DNA from: Chiloscyllium plagiosum
Taxonomy: Eukaryota
Direction of reading: 5' to 3'
Assembly: GCF_004010195.1 (NCBI RefSeq)
Contig: NC_057718.1
Span: forward strand, 105,710,297 to 105,746,679
Length of the DNA: 36,383 nt
Notes under the pieces: model-generated
What the model was told of the DNA's origin: nothing
Database searches by the model: none
What the model saw: only the letters and a program-made list of their open reading frames with translations
Shown: positions 10,043 through 21,632 of the stretch, piece by piece
Numbering within the stretch: the stretch's first letter is position 1
How the letters are laid out: each line of letters opens with the position of its first letter
Program-made: the position numbers and the translations under genes

Positions 10043-12329
10043 ATGGCTGATCCCGATCTCTCAATACACGTATTCCCATTTACCCCACATATCTCACGGC
10101 ATCTTTAGCTTGTAGAAATCTATTTCTTTCTCAAATGTATTCAGTGACTTCACCTTCACTGCCTCCTGTTGTAGAGAATTCACAGGTTCACCACCGTCTG
10201 ATTGAAGATATTCTCATCTCATCTAAAATGGCCTAACACACATACTGAGACCGTGACCCACCTTGTTCTGAACCACAGCTAAAAGACACATCAGCCCTGC
10301 ACCCAGACTGTCCAGCCTTGTCAGAAGTTTATACATTTAAAGAAATCATCTCTTCCTCTAAACTCTAGCGAATGCAGGTCAGTCAACCCAATCTCTTTTG
10401 ATATGACACAACTGCCATCAAAGGATGATGAACCTTCATGCTCTCCCTCTATGGTAAGTATACCTTTTCTCAGGTAAGGAGACCAAAACTGCACCAGATT
10501 GAGTCTCATTGAGACCCTCTACAGCTGCAGTAAGACTTTCTTGCTCTGTACTCAATCCCTCATTCAAAGAAGGCCAACATACCATTTGCCTACTTGTTTG
10601 CTGAACCTGCATGCTTGCTTTAAATGACTGGTGTGTAAGGATACCCAGGCCATTTTCTACATGAACATTTCCAAATCTATCATTATTTAAGTAATAGTCT
10701 GCCATTTGATTTGTCCTAAGTGGATAAATGCACTCTTACTGTTATTCTGCACCTACTCATTTGTCCACTCACCCAACTTGTCTAAATCATCCTGAAACCT
10801 CTACATCTGCCTCTCATTTCACATTCCCAAATAATTTGTCTCTCCAGCAAATGTAGCAAAATTACATTTCATTCCCTAATCCAAATTGTTACGATGTATT
10901 GTGAAAAGCTGGGGCCTAAGTTGTGACGTGCAATAGCCAGTTCGTCACTGCCTATCACACCGACAAATTACTTATTCCTCTGTTTCCCTTCTGCTAAACA
11001 ATTCTCAATCCATGCCAGTATATTACATCCACTGTTTTGATTTTGGACAGTAATCTCTTGTGAAACCTTTTCAAAAGGTTTCTGAAAATCTGAATACAGC
11101 ACATCCACGGGTACTGCATTATGTATCCCTAGTTATGTTCTCGAACACTCCAGCAGGTTTGTCAAAAGTGATTACCCTTTCAGAAATCCATATTGATTTT
11201 GTGTAATCCCATATAATTTGTTTTTTTTTAAAAGTGTCCTACTTTCACATTCTTACTAGTTCCAGTATTTTCTCCACCAATGATGTTAGGCAAACTGGAC
11301 TGAAATTCCCAGTTTTGTCCCTCCCTTTTTCTTTTAAGTGGTGCAGTTATATTTGTCATCTTCCAATCAGCCAGGACTGTTCCCGAATTTACAGATTATT
11401 GGAAGATGGCAACTAACACATTCACTATTTCCATGGTCACCTCCTTTAGTACCTTGAAATATAGATTATCAGGCCCTGGGGATGTATCGGTTTTCAGTTC
11501 CACTAATTTCTCCAACATTTATTTCCAAGTGATTTTTTTTTTCAATTTTTACTTCTCAATAAATCCTAGCATTTCTGAGAAATTATTTGTACCTCTGTGA
11601 AGACAGAACTAAAATAGTTGTTTAATTGCTCTGCCATTTCCTTGTGCTCCAATATCAATTCTCCCATTTCTAACCTTTTCCTTTTTCAATACTTTCATCA
11701 CATTCCTTGCAAGTTTACATTCATATTCTACTTTTTTCTTCCACCAATCTCTTAGTGTTCCTTTGCTAAATGTTAAACTGCTCCCAGTCTTTAGATTTAG
11801 TATTTTTTCTGATAACTTTATGTGACTCCTCTTTGAATCTAATACTATCCTCAATTTATTTTCTTAGCCACAGTTCAACCACTTTTTCTATTGCATTCTT
11901 TCACCCAAAAGCACAGCCAACCAGCCCTTGTACCTTCACAGTTCTCCTTTAGTTCTAGAACCCTAATTTTGGATTAGGCAACTTCACTCTCTAACTGCGT
12001 GAAGAAATCTCATGTTATGGTCACTTTTTCTTAAAGGACCTCTCAATTAGATTATTGATTAGCTTCTCATCAGTGCACTAAATCATGTCTAGGTAGGCTT
12101 GTTCCCTAGTTGGCTTTTCAATTTACCGATCTATAAAAAACATCTAGCACACATTCCAGGAATTCATCTGGCATACTAAAATTATTAACGTGGTTCGTCC
12201 TGTCTATATGTAGATCTAAGTCATGATTACTGTAGCATGCATCTCTGATTTCCTACTTAACAGTGCCTCCTATCTTACCACTAATGTTTGGAGGCCTACG
12301 GAAAACTCTCACCAATGTTTTCTGCCCTT

Positions 12330-12577
12330 TTTTCAAAAAGTAATTCATGGGATATGGGTGTCATTGGCAAGGCCTAAAGGACATTAGTGAACCAGATAGC
12401 TTTCTTCTGACAATTGACAATGGTTTCATGGTCATCATTCGACTCCTAATTCCAGATATTTATTGAAGTCAAATTCCACCCCCTGGCATAGCAAGATTCG
12501 AACCTGGGTCCTTAAGATATGACCAGGGTCTCTGGATTAATAGTGTAGCGATAATACCAGTAGGTCATCACCTCTCC
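12330..12577 (-). mobile_element. Family B SINE, internally deleted
   Basis: B box ggttcgaatc on the minus strand and the core taaaggacattagtgaaccag. Confidence 0.75.
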
Positions 12578-12616
12578 TTGTTGCTTCTTAGCTCCACCCA
12601 GAGTGATTCTACAACT

Positions 12617-12935
12617 AGATTGATTAGATTAGATTACTTACAGTGTGGAAACAGGCCCTTCGGCCCAACAAGTCCACACCGCCCCGCCGAAGCGCAACCC
12701 ACCCATGCCCCTACATTTACCCCTTACCTAACACTACGGGCAATTTAGCATGGCCAATTCACCTGACCTGCACATCTTTGGACTGTGGGAGGAAACAGGA
12801 GCACCCGGAGGAAACCCACGCAGACATGGGGAGAACATGCAAACTCCACGCAGTCAATCGCCTGTGGCGGGAATTGAACCCGGGTCTCTGGTGCTGCGAG
12901 GTAGCAGTGCTAACTGCTGTGCCACCATGCCGCCC
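12617..12935 (-). mobile_element. HE1 (V-SINE) copy, full length
   Basis: Near-identical to the copies at 9190, 15769 and 33157; (AATCT)n tail. Confidence 0.92.
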
Positions 12936-13584
12936 ATTGCTTGTACCAATATCCTTTCTCACTATTGCATTGATTGAATCTTTCACAAATAATATCACCC
13001 ACTTTCTTTTCTGTTTTGCCTGTCTTTCTAAAGATTGAAAATCTTCAGATAATCAGTTCCTAGCCTTGGTCACCTTGCAGCCATTCCCTGTAATCACAAT
13101 CATATTGTACCCATTTACAATTATTTGTGCTACTAATTCATCCAACATATTGTGAATGCTCCTTGCATTCATAAATTCTATCTTTAGACTTGTCTTTGAC
13201 ATTTTTACATATTTTCTATGGCCTTATTTGTTGCTACCTCTGGTTTCTCCATCTTCCACTTTCGCCTTCCACTTTTCTACCTTTCATTTCTATCTTTGCT
13301 TGCCTCGCTCGTCTTCCCATTCAGGTTCCTGTTTCCCTGCCTCTTTAGTTTACAGCTTCCTCCATAGTACTAGCAAATTCTGGGATGCAAACTCTCCAGC
13401 TTGTCAGATCCCATCTTCTTCAGAATTGGTCCCAATGCCTCAACAATCCCTCCTTGCTACACCATTGCTGCAGCCATGCATTCAACTGGTCTATTCTCCT
13501 ATTCCTAATCTTACTAGCACACAGCACTGGGGACAACCCTGAGATTGCTCCTTTGAGATGCTGCTTTTTAATGTTAACACTTAG

Positions 13585-14835
13585 CTAGGTATTGGTGAAA
13601 AAACACACTTTGATAAAGCATGTACACATCTCATTGGGCTTCATCTTGTGCTCAGACTCATCTGTAAAATGGAACTGACAAATATTCTTTTTCTTGATAT
13701 CCTAGCTGAGATACCTGCCAGGGAGTTCTCTTCTATTGTCTACTGCAAGCTTAACTTCACTGGTCAACACATGCATTGGGATTTCTGTAGTTACACACAC
13801 TATAAGATTAACCTGATCAGAAACCTTGTTATTAGAGCCAAGCCATTTGTTCATTGCATTAGCTTGATGCTGGAATTGATTCCATCAAATTCATCTTGTG
13901 GGATAATGGCTACCTTAAACACTTTCTTCTTTGCTGTATATCTCACAAGCTCATGAAAGGGATCAAGGTCATCATTTTTAATCCTGAGAAATGCCCAGTC
14001 TCCTTAGATTAATCTGAGTAAGGTATTTTAGACGTGTGAGCAAGGTGAACGTAGCTGTTTGACTCAGTTACTATTCTGTAGCAACATGAGTGGTGTTCAC
14101 CATTAAGAGGATGTCACTGTCAAGCCAGAAAGACATTCTGCCAAATGCAAATGAGTCACGAGGTATTTGAATTTCAGTGCTAGCATGATGCTGGTATGTA
14201 GGCTTTGACTGGCTGATTGCATCAAATAGTATATTCCATTAGCTGTTTGCAACAAGCAAGATAGAACCATACCCAACAGCCTGTGTTTGCAAGACTCAAG
14301 ACAGTGTCAAATATTGGATGTGATTCCATGATTAAACAACATTTTCTCAAAAATCCAAAGTGTGTGAAGAATTTCACTGACAACCAATTCAATCAGTCAG
14401 GTTTGCAGTGTGGTGTACTTGCACACATCTGAAGCTACGTATATTAACATGAAGGTCCCTGTCCTTTGCAGATTGAAAGAACATGTACAAACGGTGAGTC
14501 TGTTCCAACCCAACAAAAATAGGTGACAGCCATTCTCTGACTTACTTCACAGAGCAATACCTTGATCAGATAGAATCAACCTGCCTTGTTTCAAATTTAA
14601 ACAAAACTTGGTAGTTTATGATCAATCATTGTCTAACTGGTGCATTCTCCATGGAAATGCCTTAACCAGTTATGAGTCCACATGCTGACCAATCAGCACT
14701 TATTTCTCAAAATGAATAAATGTTGGTTTCCCATGATATTGGTATTTCGTGCATATTGCCCTGATATGTGCAAGAAGACAGTTTTGACAAAATATGTATT
14801 ATTTCCAGCAATACTCAAGGTCAGTATTACCAAAC
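13585..14835 (+). mobile_element. Penelope-like retroelement family 4, 5'-truncated and decayed (RT thumb plus GIY-YIG)
   Basis: ORF 13648-13956 contains FLDIL...VYCK.NFTGQHMHWD...YKI.LI.NLV.RA (PLE RT thumb). A VFEFQC..DA.YVG GIY-YIG remnant lies at about 14160-14205 and a decayed HHR-like motif at about 14760. The first ~35 bp resemble an inverted copy of the 3' end. Confidence 0.8.
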
Positions 14836-15239
14836 TTACTTAAGCTTAGGGGAGTTCAGGATGTCTTTACTGAGCTAACAGACTCCCTGTCCAGTTCAGG
14901 CAGCATAGCAGGATCCCCTTCCATTTCAACAGCATAGGAAGAAACTCAATCTAATAAAGTACCATCATCCTCAAACATTCACTCATTCTCTCTCCCTAGA
15001 TGCTGCCAGATCCACAGAGCATTTTTCTATTTTCAGGATAGATAAAACTGGTCCCTTCTTCAGCAGAAAAATTCTCTATTTCCCACCGATTTGAAATCCT
15101 ACTGTCTCACAGAAGATGTGGCAGTTATCAAATTTGGGGGCATAGGATCCCATGTACACATGCATTCAGTTTCTTCTTTTTCAGTGGCTTAACCAATAAT
15201 CCTTAAGGAATCATTGCAGTATTTACAAAATAGGGTCAA

Positions 15240-15525
15240 AGAGTCATCGAGCTGTACAGCATGAAACAGATCTTTCGGTCTAACTCATCCATGCCAACCA
15301 GATATCCTAAATTAATCTAGTCCTATTTGTCAGCATTTGGCTCATCCCTTCATATTCATATACGCATTTAGATGCTTTTTAAATGTTGTAATTGTACCAG
15401 CCTCCACCACCTCCTCTGGAGAATCATTCCATACATGCACCATCCTCTGCATGAAAAAGTTGCCCTATAGGTCCCTTTTAAATCTTCCCCCCCCTCATCT
15501 TAAACCTATGCCCTCTAGTTTTGGA
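15240..15525 (-). mobile_element. HER1/CR1 LINE 3' end
   Basis: Reverse-complement homologue of 1862-2061. Confidence 0.8.
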
Positions 15526-15768
15526 CTGAGAGAGAGAGCTTTGCACTTATACAGTCCTTTTCACAACAACTGGATATTTCAAAACAACTTACAGTCAATG
15601 ACAGAGGGTACATTTTAATACTTTGTTTCTATGGAGATAAAGCTGACAGGAGCTGACCTATCAGTCAAAGTCCACTCTCCCCACCTTAGCTCAATCCAAC
15701 TAGATGTACCTGTAGACCGGTTCAGCATAGAAGCTAGACAATTGACCAGCTAGGCCAGGATACTTTGT

Positions 15769-16090
15769 GGGCAGCACGGTGGCACAGTGGTTAGCACTGC
15801 TGCCTCACAGCACCAGAGACCCGGGTTCAATTCCCGTCTCAGGCGACTGACTGTGTGGAGTTTGCACATTCTCCCCGTGTCTGCGTGGGTTTCCTCTGGG
15901 TGCTCCGGTTTCCTCCCACAGTCCAAAAATATGCAGGTTAGGTGAATTGGCCATGCTAAATTGCCCATAGTGTTAGGTGAAGGGGTAAATGTAGGGGAAT
16001 GGGTCTGGGGGTGTTGTGCTTCGGAGGGTCGGTTTGGACTTGTTGGGCCGAAGGACCTGTTTCCACACTGTAAGTAATCTAATCTAATCT
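15769..16090 (+). mobile_element. HE1 (V-SINE) copy, full length
   Basis: A box tggcacagtgg, B box ggttcaattcc, V-core and tail gtaatctaatctaatct. Confidence 0.92.
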
Positions 16091-16386
16091 ACTTCATTAT
16101 ATGCTTGAGAAGAAATCTGAGGCCACATTTTCAGTGAGTCTCAGGCCAATATCTTCGGATACATGTTCTAATCGTGGCATTTGTCATTTAATTTCAGAGT
16201 CTCTACTACTCACACTTTAAGACTTTCTGTTCATCAGCTGCTTGATTCAAACTGTCGCTAAAGAAAATCTGTAAGTATGCATTATGATAATGTCACTCAA
16301 TTAATAATCCAAAGAACCACACTAATACTATGGGAAATGTGGCCTCAAATCCACCAAAGAAGCTGCTGAAACTTAAATAAATCTGG

Positions 16387-16554
16387 TACAAAACAAAGAA
16401 CTGCAGAAGCTGAAGATCTGAAATAAAAACAGATACCACTGGAGAAACTCAGCAATCTGGCAGCATCTGTGGATAAAAGGCAGAGATAAAGTTTTGAGTC
16501 CAGTGACACTTCTGAAGGCACAATGAGTTCCTCCAGCAATTTCTGTTTTGTTTC
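16387..16554 (-). mobile_element. Penelope-like family 3 insertion with a short terminal inversion and 12-bp TSD
   Basis: AAATAAATCTGG at 16375-16386 and 16555-16566. 16525-16554 is an inverted copy of part of the left portion. Confidence 0.8.
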
Positions 16555-16640
16555 AAATAAATCTGGAATTGAAAACTAGTCTCAGTGATGATAATCATGA
16601 AGGTATCATTGATTGTTATAAAAACCCTTCTAGTTCATTA

Positions 16641-16959
16641 ATTAGATTAGATTAGATTCCTTACAGTGTGGAAACAGGTCCTTTGGCCCAACAAGTCCAC
16701 ACCGACCCTCCGAAGAGTAACCCACCCAGTCCCAATTCCCTCTGATTAATGCACCTAACACTATGGGCACTTTAGCATGGCCAATTCACCTAACTTGCAC
16801 ATCTTTGGATTGTGGGAGGAAACCGGAGCACCGGGAGGAAACCCACGCAGACACAGGGAGAATGTGCAAACTCCACACACAGTCACCCAAGGCTGGAATT
16901 GAACCTAGGACCTTTGTGCTGAGAAGCAGCAGTGCTAACCACTGAGCCACCATGGCGCC
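16641..16959 (-). mobile_element. HE1 (V-SINE) copy, variant subfamily
   Basis: Same core and tail as the other HE1 copies, but a different pre-tail segment (ctctgattaatgcacc). Confidence 0.9.
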
Positions 16960-17176
16960 AAAAACATCCTTTAGGGAGGGAAATCGACTGTCCTCACCTG
17001 GTCTGGCCAACATGTGATGACAGACCCAGAGCAAGGTGGTCAACTCTTAACCGCCCTCTGAGTAAGCCATTCAATTCGAGGGCAATTAGCATGGGGTAAT
17101 AACTTCTGACTTTGTTATGTTGCCACATTCCCTAAAAGAATTAAGGGCCTTACTACATCTGCATGAGGTACAGGCG

Positions 17177-17350
17177 ATTAGATTAGATTAGATTCACTAC
17201 AGTAAGGAAACAGCTCTTTGGCCCAACAAATCCACACCGATCCTCCGAAGAGTAACTCACCAAGATCCATTTCCCTTACCCTATACTTAGCCCTGATTAA
17301 TGCACCTGATTTAGCATTGCCAATTCACCTAACCTGTACATCTTTGGATG
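17177..17350 (-). mobile_element. 5'-truncated HE1 SINE
   Basis: (AGATT)n followed by the 3' half only. Confidence 0.85.
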
Positions 17351-17592
17351 AGACCACATCTGGACTACTGTGAGCAGTTTTAGCCCCCTTATTTAAAGGA
17401 AATATATCATTTCAGTGGAGGCAGTTCAGAAAAGGTTTGCTACAATAATCCCCAGTATGGAATCGGGAAATCAAGGATTCTAGGTGAAAGGCAGGAAAGT
17501 GGACAGATCAGCCTTGATTCTACTGAATGGCAGAGCAGGCTTGAGATGTCAAATGACCTACTCCTCTCCCTGTTTCTTGGGGTCTTATGATC
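17350..17592 (+). mobile_element. CR1 LINE fragment
   Basis: RPHLDYCEQF..PYL motif and CR1 3' tail. Confidence 0.7.
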
Positions 17593-18241
17593 TCTACTGT
17601 TTTCCTGTGTCCCATTCAAATTTCAATTTTAATTCTTCTCCTCTGGTCCTATTCATTCTCATCTAGTCCTTTTCCATTTGCGATGTATGGATGGCTTTTC
17701 TGCTCCACTACAAAGAAGCAGAAGAGAAAATCAGAAAGCAATAACAAAAGTGAGAAACAGGGAAAGACGGTCAGAATTAGAAGAGCACAGGCAGGTAAAA
17801 GAAAGACTTACTAAGAACAACACCATGAGTTATTTATTCATTTATTAGCTGCTTAAGAATATTCACAACAGATTCTGAATCATCTCTTGATAATTTTCTT
17901 ATGTTGCATAAATCAAACTAGTCACCTCAAGGCTGGCTGAAGCTTTTGTGGACAGTTATTAATGATGCATGCCTATTCTTCACACCACATCAAAAGTGCT
18001 TGCCCCCTCCGTTACTTTGTACGATGTGCTCTTTTCTTTAATGCACTTAGTATTTTTAAATGGTTGTTTCGATCTTCCTTGTCACTTCAGACACATTAAC
18101 AGCACTGCCTCCAGGCTGTGTGGCATCAAAAAAATTTCCACACTCATAGTCAGTTGCTCTCTCTATTGTTGAAAATGGCTGTTATAATCCTGTTTACCTT
18201 TATTCATGCAAAGGTCATGAATTCAACAAATGGAGTAAACT

Positions 18242-18289
18242 CTGAAAACAGTACTGAAAACAGTACTGAACACAACTGAAACAGGACTA
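18242..18289 (+). repeat. Short 12-bp tandem repeat (ctgaaaacagta)
   Basis: Two perfect copies and two degenerate copies. Confidence 0.7.
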
Positions 18290-19559
18290 CATTCACAGAG
18301 CTCATTGATCAGTGAAACTTCAGAACCACTTGATGCATTTTGAAGGACTAAAACAGGAAGTTCAGTGAGATCTAGTACACTGGTCTGTACAAAGCAGCAG
18401 TAAGCGTAAGATCAGGTTTTCTTATGAACTGCATTACAAATGTGCCAATACTCTCAAATTGTGAGACATCAGGCTCAATCAATCTAAGCGTTTATAAACT
18501 ATACAATAAACTAGAATATTTTCTGAATCAGCAATGTTATAAATTCCAAGGCAACAGTACAGATGCTCCAGTCAATCTGGTGACACTATCAGACAAACAT
18601 TGACTAGTAATCTCCCTAGACTATTTGGCTTAGCTATCTATTGAGCCACTAAGCTAAATGGGGCGAGTCACCTGTACCCAAATAAATTGGAAAATTGTTT
18701 GGCATCTACAAAATGACAAAGGACACGTGAGGCAGATTCCAATAAAAAGTAGTTCTTTTTGGTTAATTAGTACTTTTTAAAAGGGAGCCAAGATCATTAG
18801 TTGTTGGAGATGTTGAGATTAATACATACTTGCATCATTCTTTTAGTTTCTACAGGAGCAAAAGTAGCAACTTAATGTTCATTAAAGTTGGAATCAAACA
18901 CTGATAGTAATAGGACAAAGAGATGCTAGATGGAATGTAAGTGTCAGGTCTTCTCCTCACATTGAACTTGGTATTCTTCTGATCATTTGATATAAGACAC
19001 TTTCTACCCAAACCGTCAAAAAGTTAAAGATGTTGACCATTTTAAACCATTATTTCTAACCATAGTTACATTCCAACTTTGACATTCCCTTAATCAGCAG
19101 CTCTCTATTTGCACTCATGCAGCACAAAAATGGACACTTTACCAATGTAGTCTCAGCTAATGTTTGATACATAGACATTCTCTGTAAAAACCTAAATACA
19201 GATTGCAATTTGGAATTTAATGTGGATTTCATTGTCTACTATTTGAGTCTCAAAATCACTATAATTTAAGAGTCAAATCTTTAGTAATAGGTTCTTAACT
19301 TAAACTTTCTACCTAGACAAAGCAGTTAAAAATTAAATGTAAAATACTGTGCTCAAGTAAATACACAATTAATAAATTACTTTTGAATACAATCAAAATC
19401 ATGTTTGAATGGTTTGATTGATGTGTATGATTTTACCTTCAATCAGCTCATGGAAATGCATCTTGTCCAGTGGAACTACATCACAAGTTATTTTAATGCT
19501 CTCAGGGGAGAATGGAAGAGAATACAGGCTAAGTTTTCTTTTCGATCCATTTGTCAGAT

Positions 19560-19895
19560 ATGGGAACTATAGTCAAGACCACAACTGCCCATTCTCAATT
19601 GCCCTCAAAAGAATGTTGAAGAGGTTGACAACTGATGATTAACCACACTGCTGAAGAACAGGACTTGCACGATGGGTGCCAGACTGGGTGAGGATAACAG
19701 ATTTCCTCCCCAAATGACATTAATAAATTTCCATCCATTAGTTACTCAGTTACCATTATGGACAGCAGCTTTTTATTCATTTCTATTCACTTAATGAACT
19801 GAATTTAAATTATTTTGTTACTATGATGAGATGTGAAGTAGTGTTTCCACCTAATCAGTCCAGGTCTCTAATTAGTCCAGTAACAAAAACCATGA
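19560..19895 (-). mobile_element. Family B SINE, decayed
   Basis: ccagactgggtgagga..cagatttcctcc..gacatta..gaatttaaatt is the reverse complement of the family core. Confidence 0.6.
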
Positions 19896-19946
19896 TGGGA
19901 GAGCTCCTGAACTAACATCCAGTAACCCCACAACTTAACAGCTTTT

Positions 19947-20343
19947 GGGAGACACTGGCCCAGTAGCAATGTCACTGAAGGAGTAATCTAACAGTCCAGA
20001 TTAATGGCCTGGGGGAATACACGTTCAAATATTACTGTGCTGATGGAATTTAAATTCAATTCGTAAAGCCTGGGATTAAAAGCTGGCCTCAGTAATTACA
20101 GCCATGAAACTATAACCGATTGTTGTAAAAATAATCCCATCAGATTCACTAACGTACTTTTGGAAGGGAAATCTATTGTGCTTATCCAGTCTGGCCTGTA
20201 TTTGACTCCACAGCCGAAACAGTGTGGTGGACTCTTATTTCCCTCTGAAAAGGCTGAACAAGCCATTTAGACCAATGGCAATCAGGGATGGGTAACAAAT
20301 ACTGACCTTATCAGCAATGTCCATATCTCAATTTTAAAAAAAA
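19947..20343 (+). mobile_element. Family B SINE, near full length
   Basis: tRNA-like head (tggcccagtag...gttcaaat), core and A-rich tail. Confidence 0.75.
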
Positions 20344-21418
20344 CTTTATAGGCATACTACAACCTTGTGATCAGTAGCATATTCTCATTTGAAGATTAGT
20401 TACTTGGGTAAAAGATTCAAGGACAATCATCACTTTCTTATAGTCAAATTGTACACACTGTTTAATTCGAATATTCTCAACTTACTGTTCTTATTTCTAA
20501 GAGGAAGGCAATAAGAAGAACAGATAACTTCCTTCCCTTTGCCACCCCTCATGCCACATACTCTAAATAAGCAAGAAACAGGTGCATTAGATTTGACAGT
20601 GCTGCCCACGTATTGACAGTTAATACATTTCTCAATGCCTGAAATATTGAAATTTAGTAAAGCACTGTTGCTGACATTCAGATTCTGGAAATTACAGAAT
20701 TAACTATATTCTGTCCATTAAAGTTCTATATTAAGCTGTAAATTGTTTGATAGTTGTAGAACCTTTCGTGAAAATCTATCAATCCATTTTGAACATCATA
20801 CATCAACATTACAGATCAACTGATTAACAATATTAGTATTTGTAAGTTTTACTAATACAAAGCAAAAACTGAACAAAATATGAAATTCAAGTAGTCTACT
20901 TCACCAAAAAGTAAAATGCCCTGGGACAATTTCAAAACTTTTGACAAATTTTGGGGTTCAGACAATCTGTGAAACACATGGACTTCAATGAAAAGCTCAG
21001 GTCAGTATCTGAAATCCCCTTTATAATTGCAATATAATTTCAAACAAAACTTACAAGTTGGCCAATGTTTTCATGATTCTTTCTGCAGTAATAGGAGCAT
21101 CATTAGCACTACATTTGTGAAACGATTAAAGGCACTGTTTGCAGAATTCTGAGGAAGACTTTTTCATAATAAATGCCAGAAACATTGATACTGTGACTCA
21201 TCTGAGCAAACATTCTGTTTTGGATACCTTACCTCTTGACTTTTCTTATTATACTTATCAGAAGTTGTTAGAAATAACTAAATTTGCAAAACATTTAAAG
21301 CTAAATTATCCACTACCCTTACTATCTAAAAGTTTGCCACATTATAGAACCTTAAAAGCTCAAAACTTGAAAACAAAAGTGAACTGACAATTATAATGAA
21401 TCTACTGCTAAACCATAC

Positions 21419-21632
21419 CTTTGGTGATGAGGATATATCGATCACAGTAGCTGGTTTGACGTACACCTTTACAGTTTCTGTCTTTGGTGTGGATGTATTG
21501 TCAGGTGCTGGAGGTGATGGTGCTTTCCTCTTTGTCTTTTTTTCTGTCTCGGCCTGTTGTACTGAAGCTGTCACTAATGAGGTTTGATACCTTGTAGAAT
21601 GTACAGCCTTCGGCTCGTAGAATGGATTAGAT
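21419..21632 (-). CDS. EHBP1: EHBP1 internal coding exon (last NPF motif and linker before the CH domain)
   Basis: Translates SNPFYEPKAVHSTRYQTSLVTASVQQAETEKKTKRKAPSPPAPD...DISSSPK, against recalled human SNPFYEPK...RVKRKAPAPP...DLSTSPK. Acceptor ttttctgttttaattag|A completes the GA|A (Glu) codon of the previous exon; donor AAG|gtatgg (phase 0); 214 bp. The intron between the two exons is 21633-25311. Confidence 0.95.

Larger units (their letters stand above)
10040..13580 (-). mobile_element. Long decayed CR1 LINE (endonuclease-RT remnants) interrupted by two SINEs
   Basis: Minus-strand remnants such as VQFWSPYLRK, (D)FQKPF and SPGPD, plus endonuclease-region pieces. Many stops and frameshifts. 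Interrupted at 12330-12577 and 12617-12935. Confidence 0.75.
16283..17143 (+). mobile_element. Family B SINE host carrying two nested insertions
   Basis: Segments 16283-16386, 16555-16640 and 16960-17143 join into one element colinear with 19947-20343. Confidence 0.75.

Noticed and set aside
12643..13038. ORFs of 60-145 aa overlapping HE1 SINEs (also 9315-9570, 15750-15968, 16763-17043, 33003-33440)
   Set aside because: The near-identical peptides arise from translating a non-coding SINE; they are not genes.
15769..15842. tRNA-like A/B-box sequences
   Set aside because: They are SINE heads, not tRNA genes; no complete cloverleaf is evident.
1..21418. Downstream EHBP1 CH-domain exon (ASQSLL.WC...WRNG)
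   Set aside because: Not found by eye or in the ORF track; probably beyond the left edge. A short exon could have been missed.
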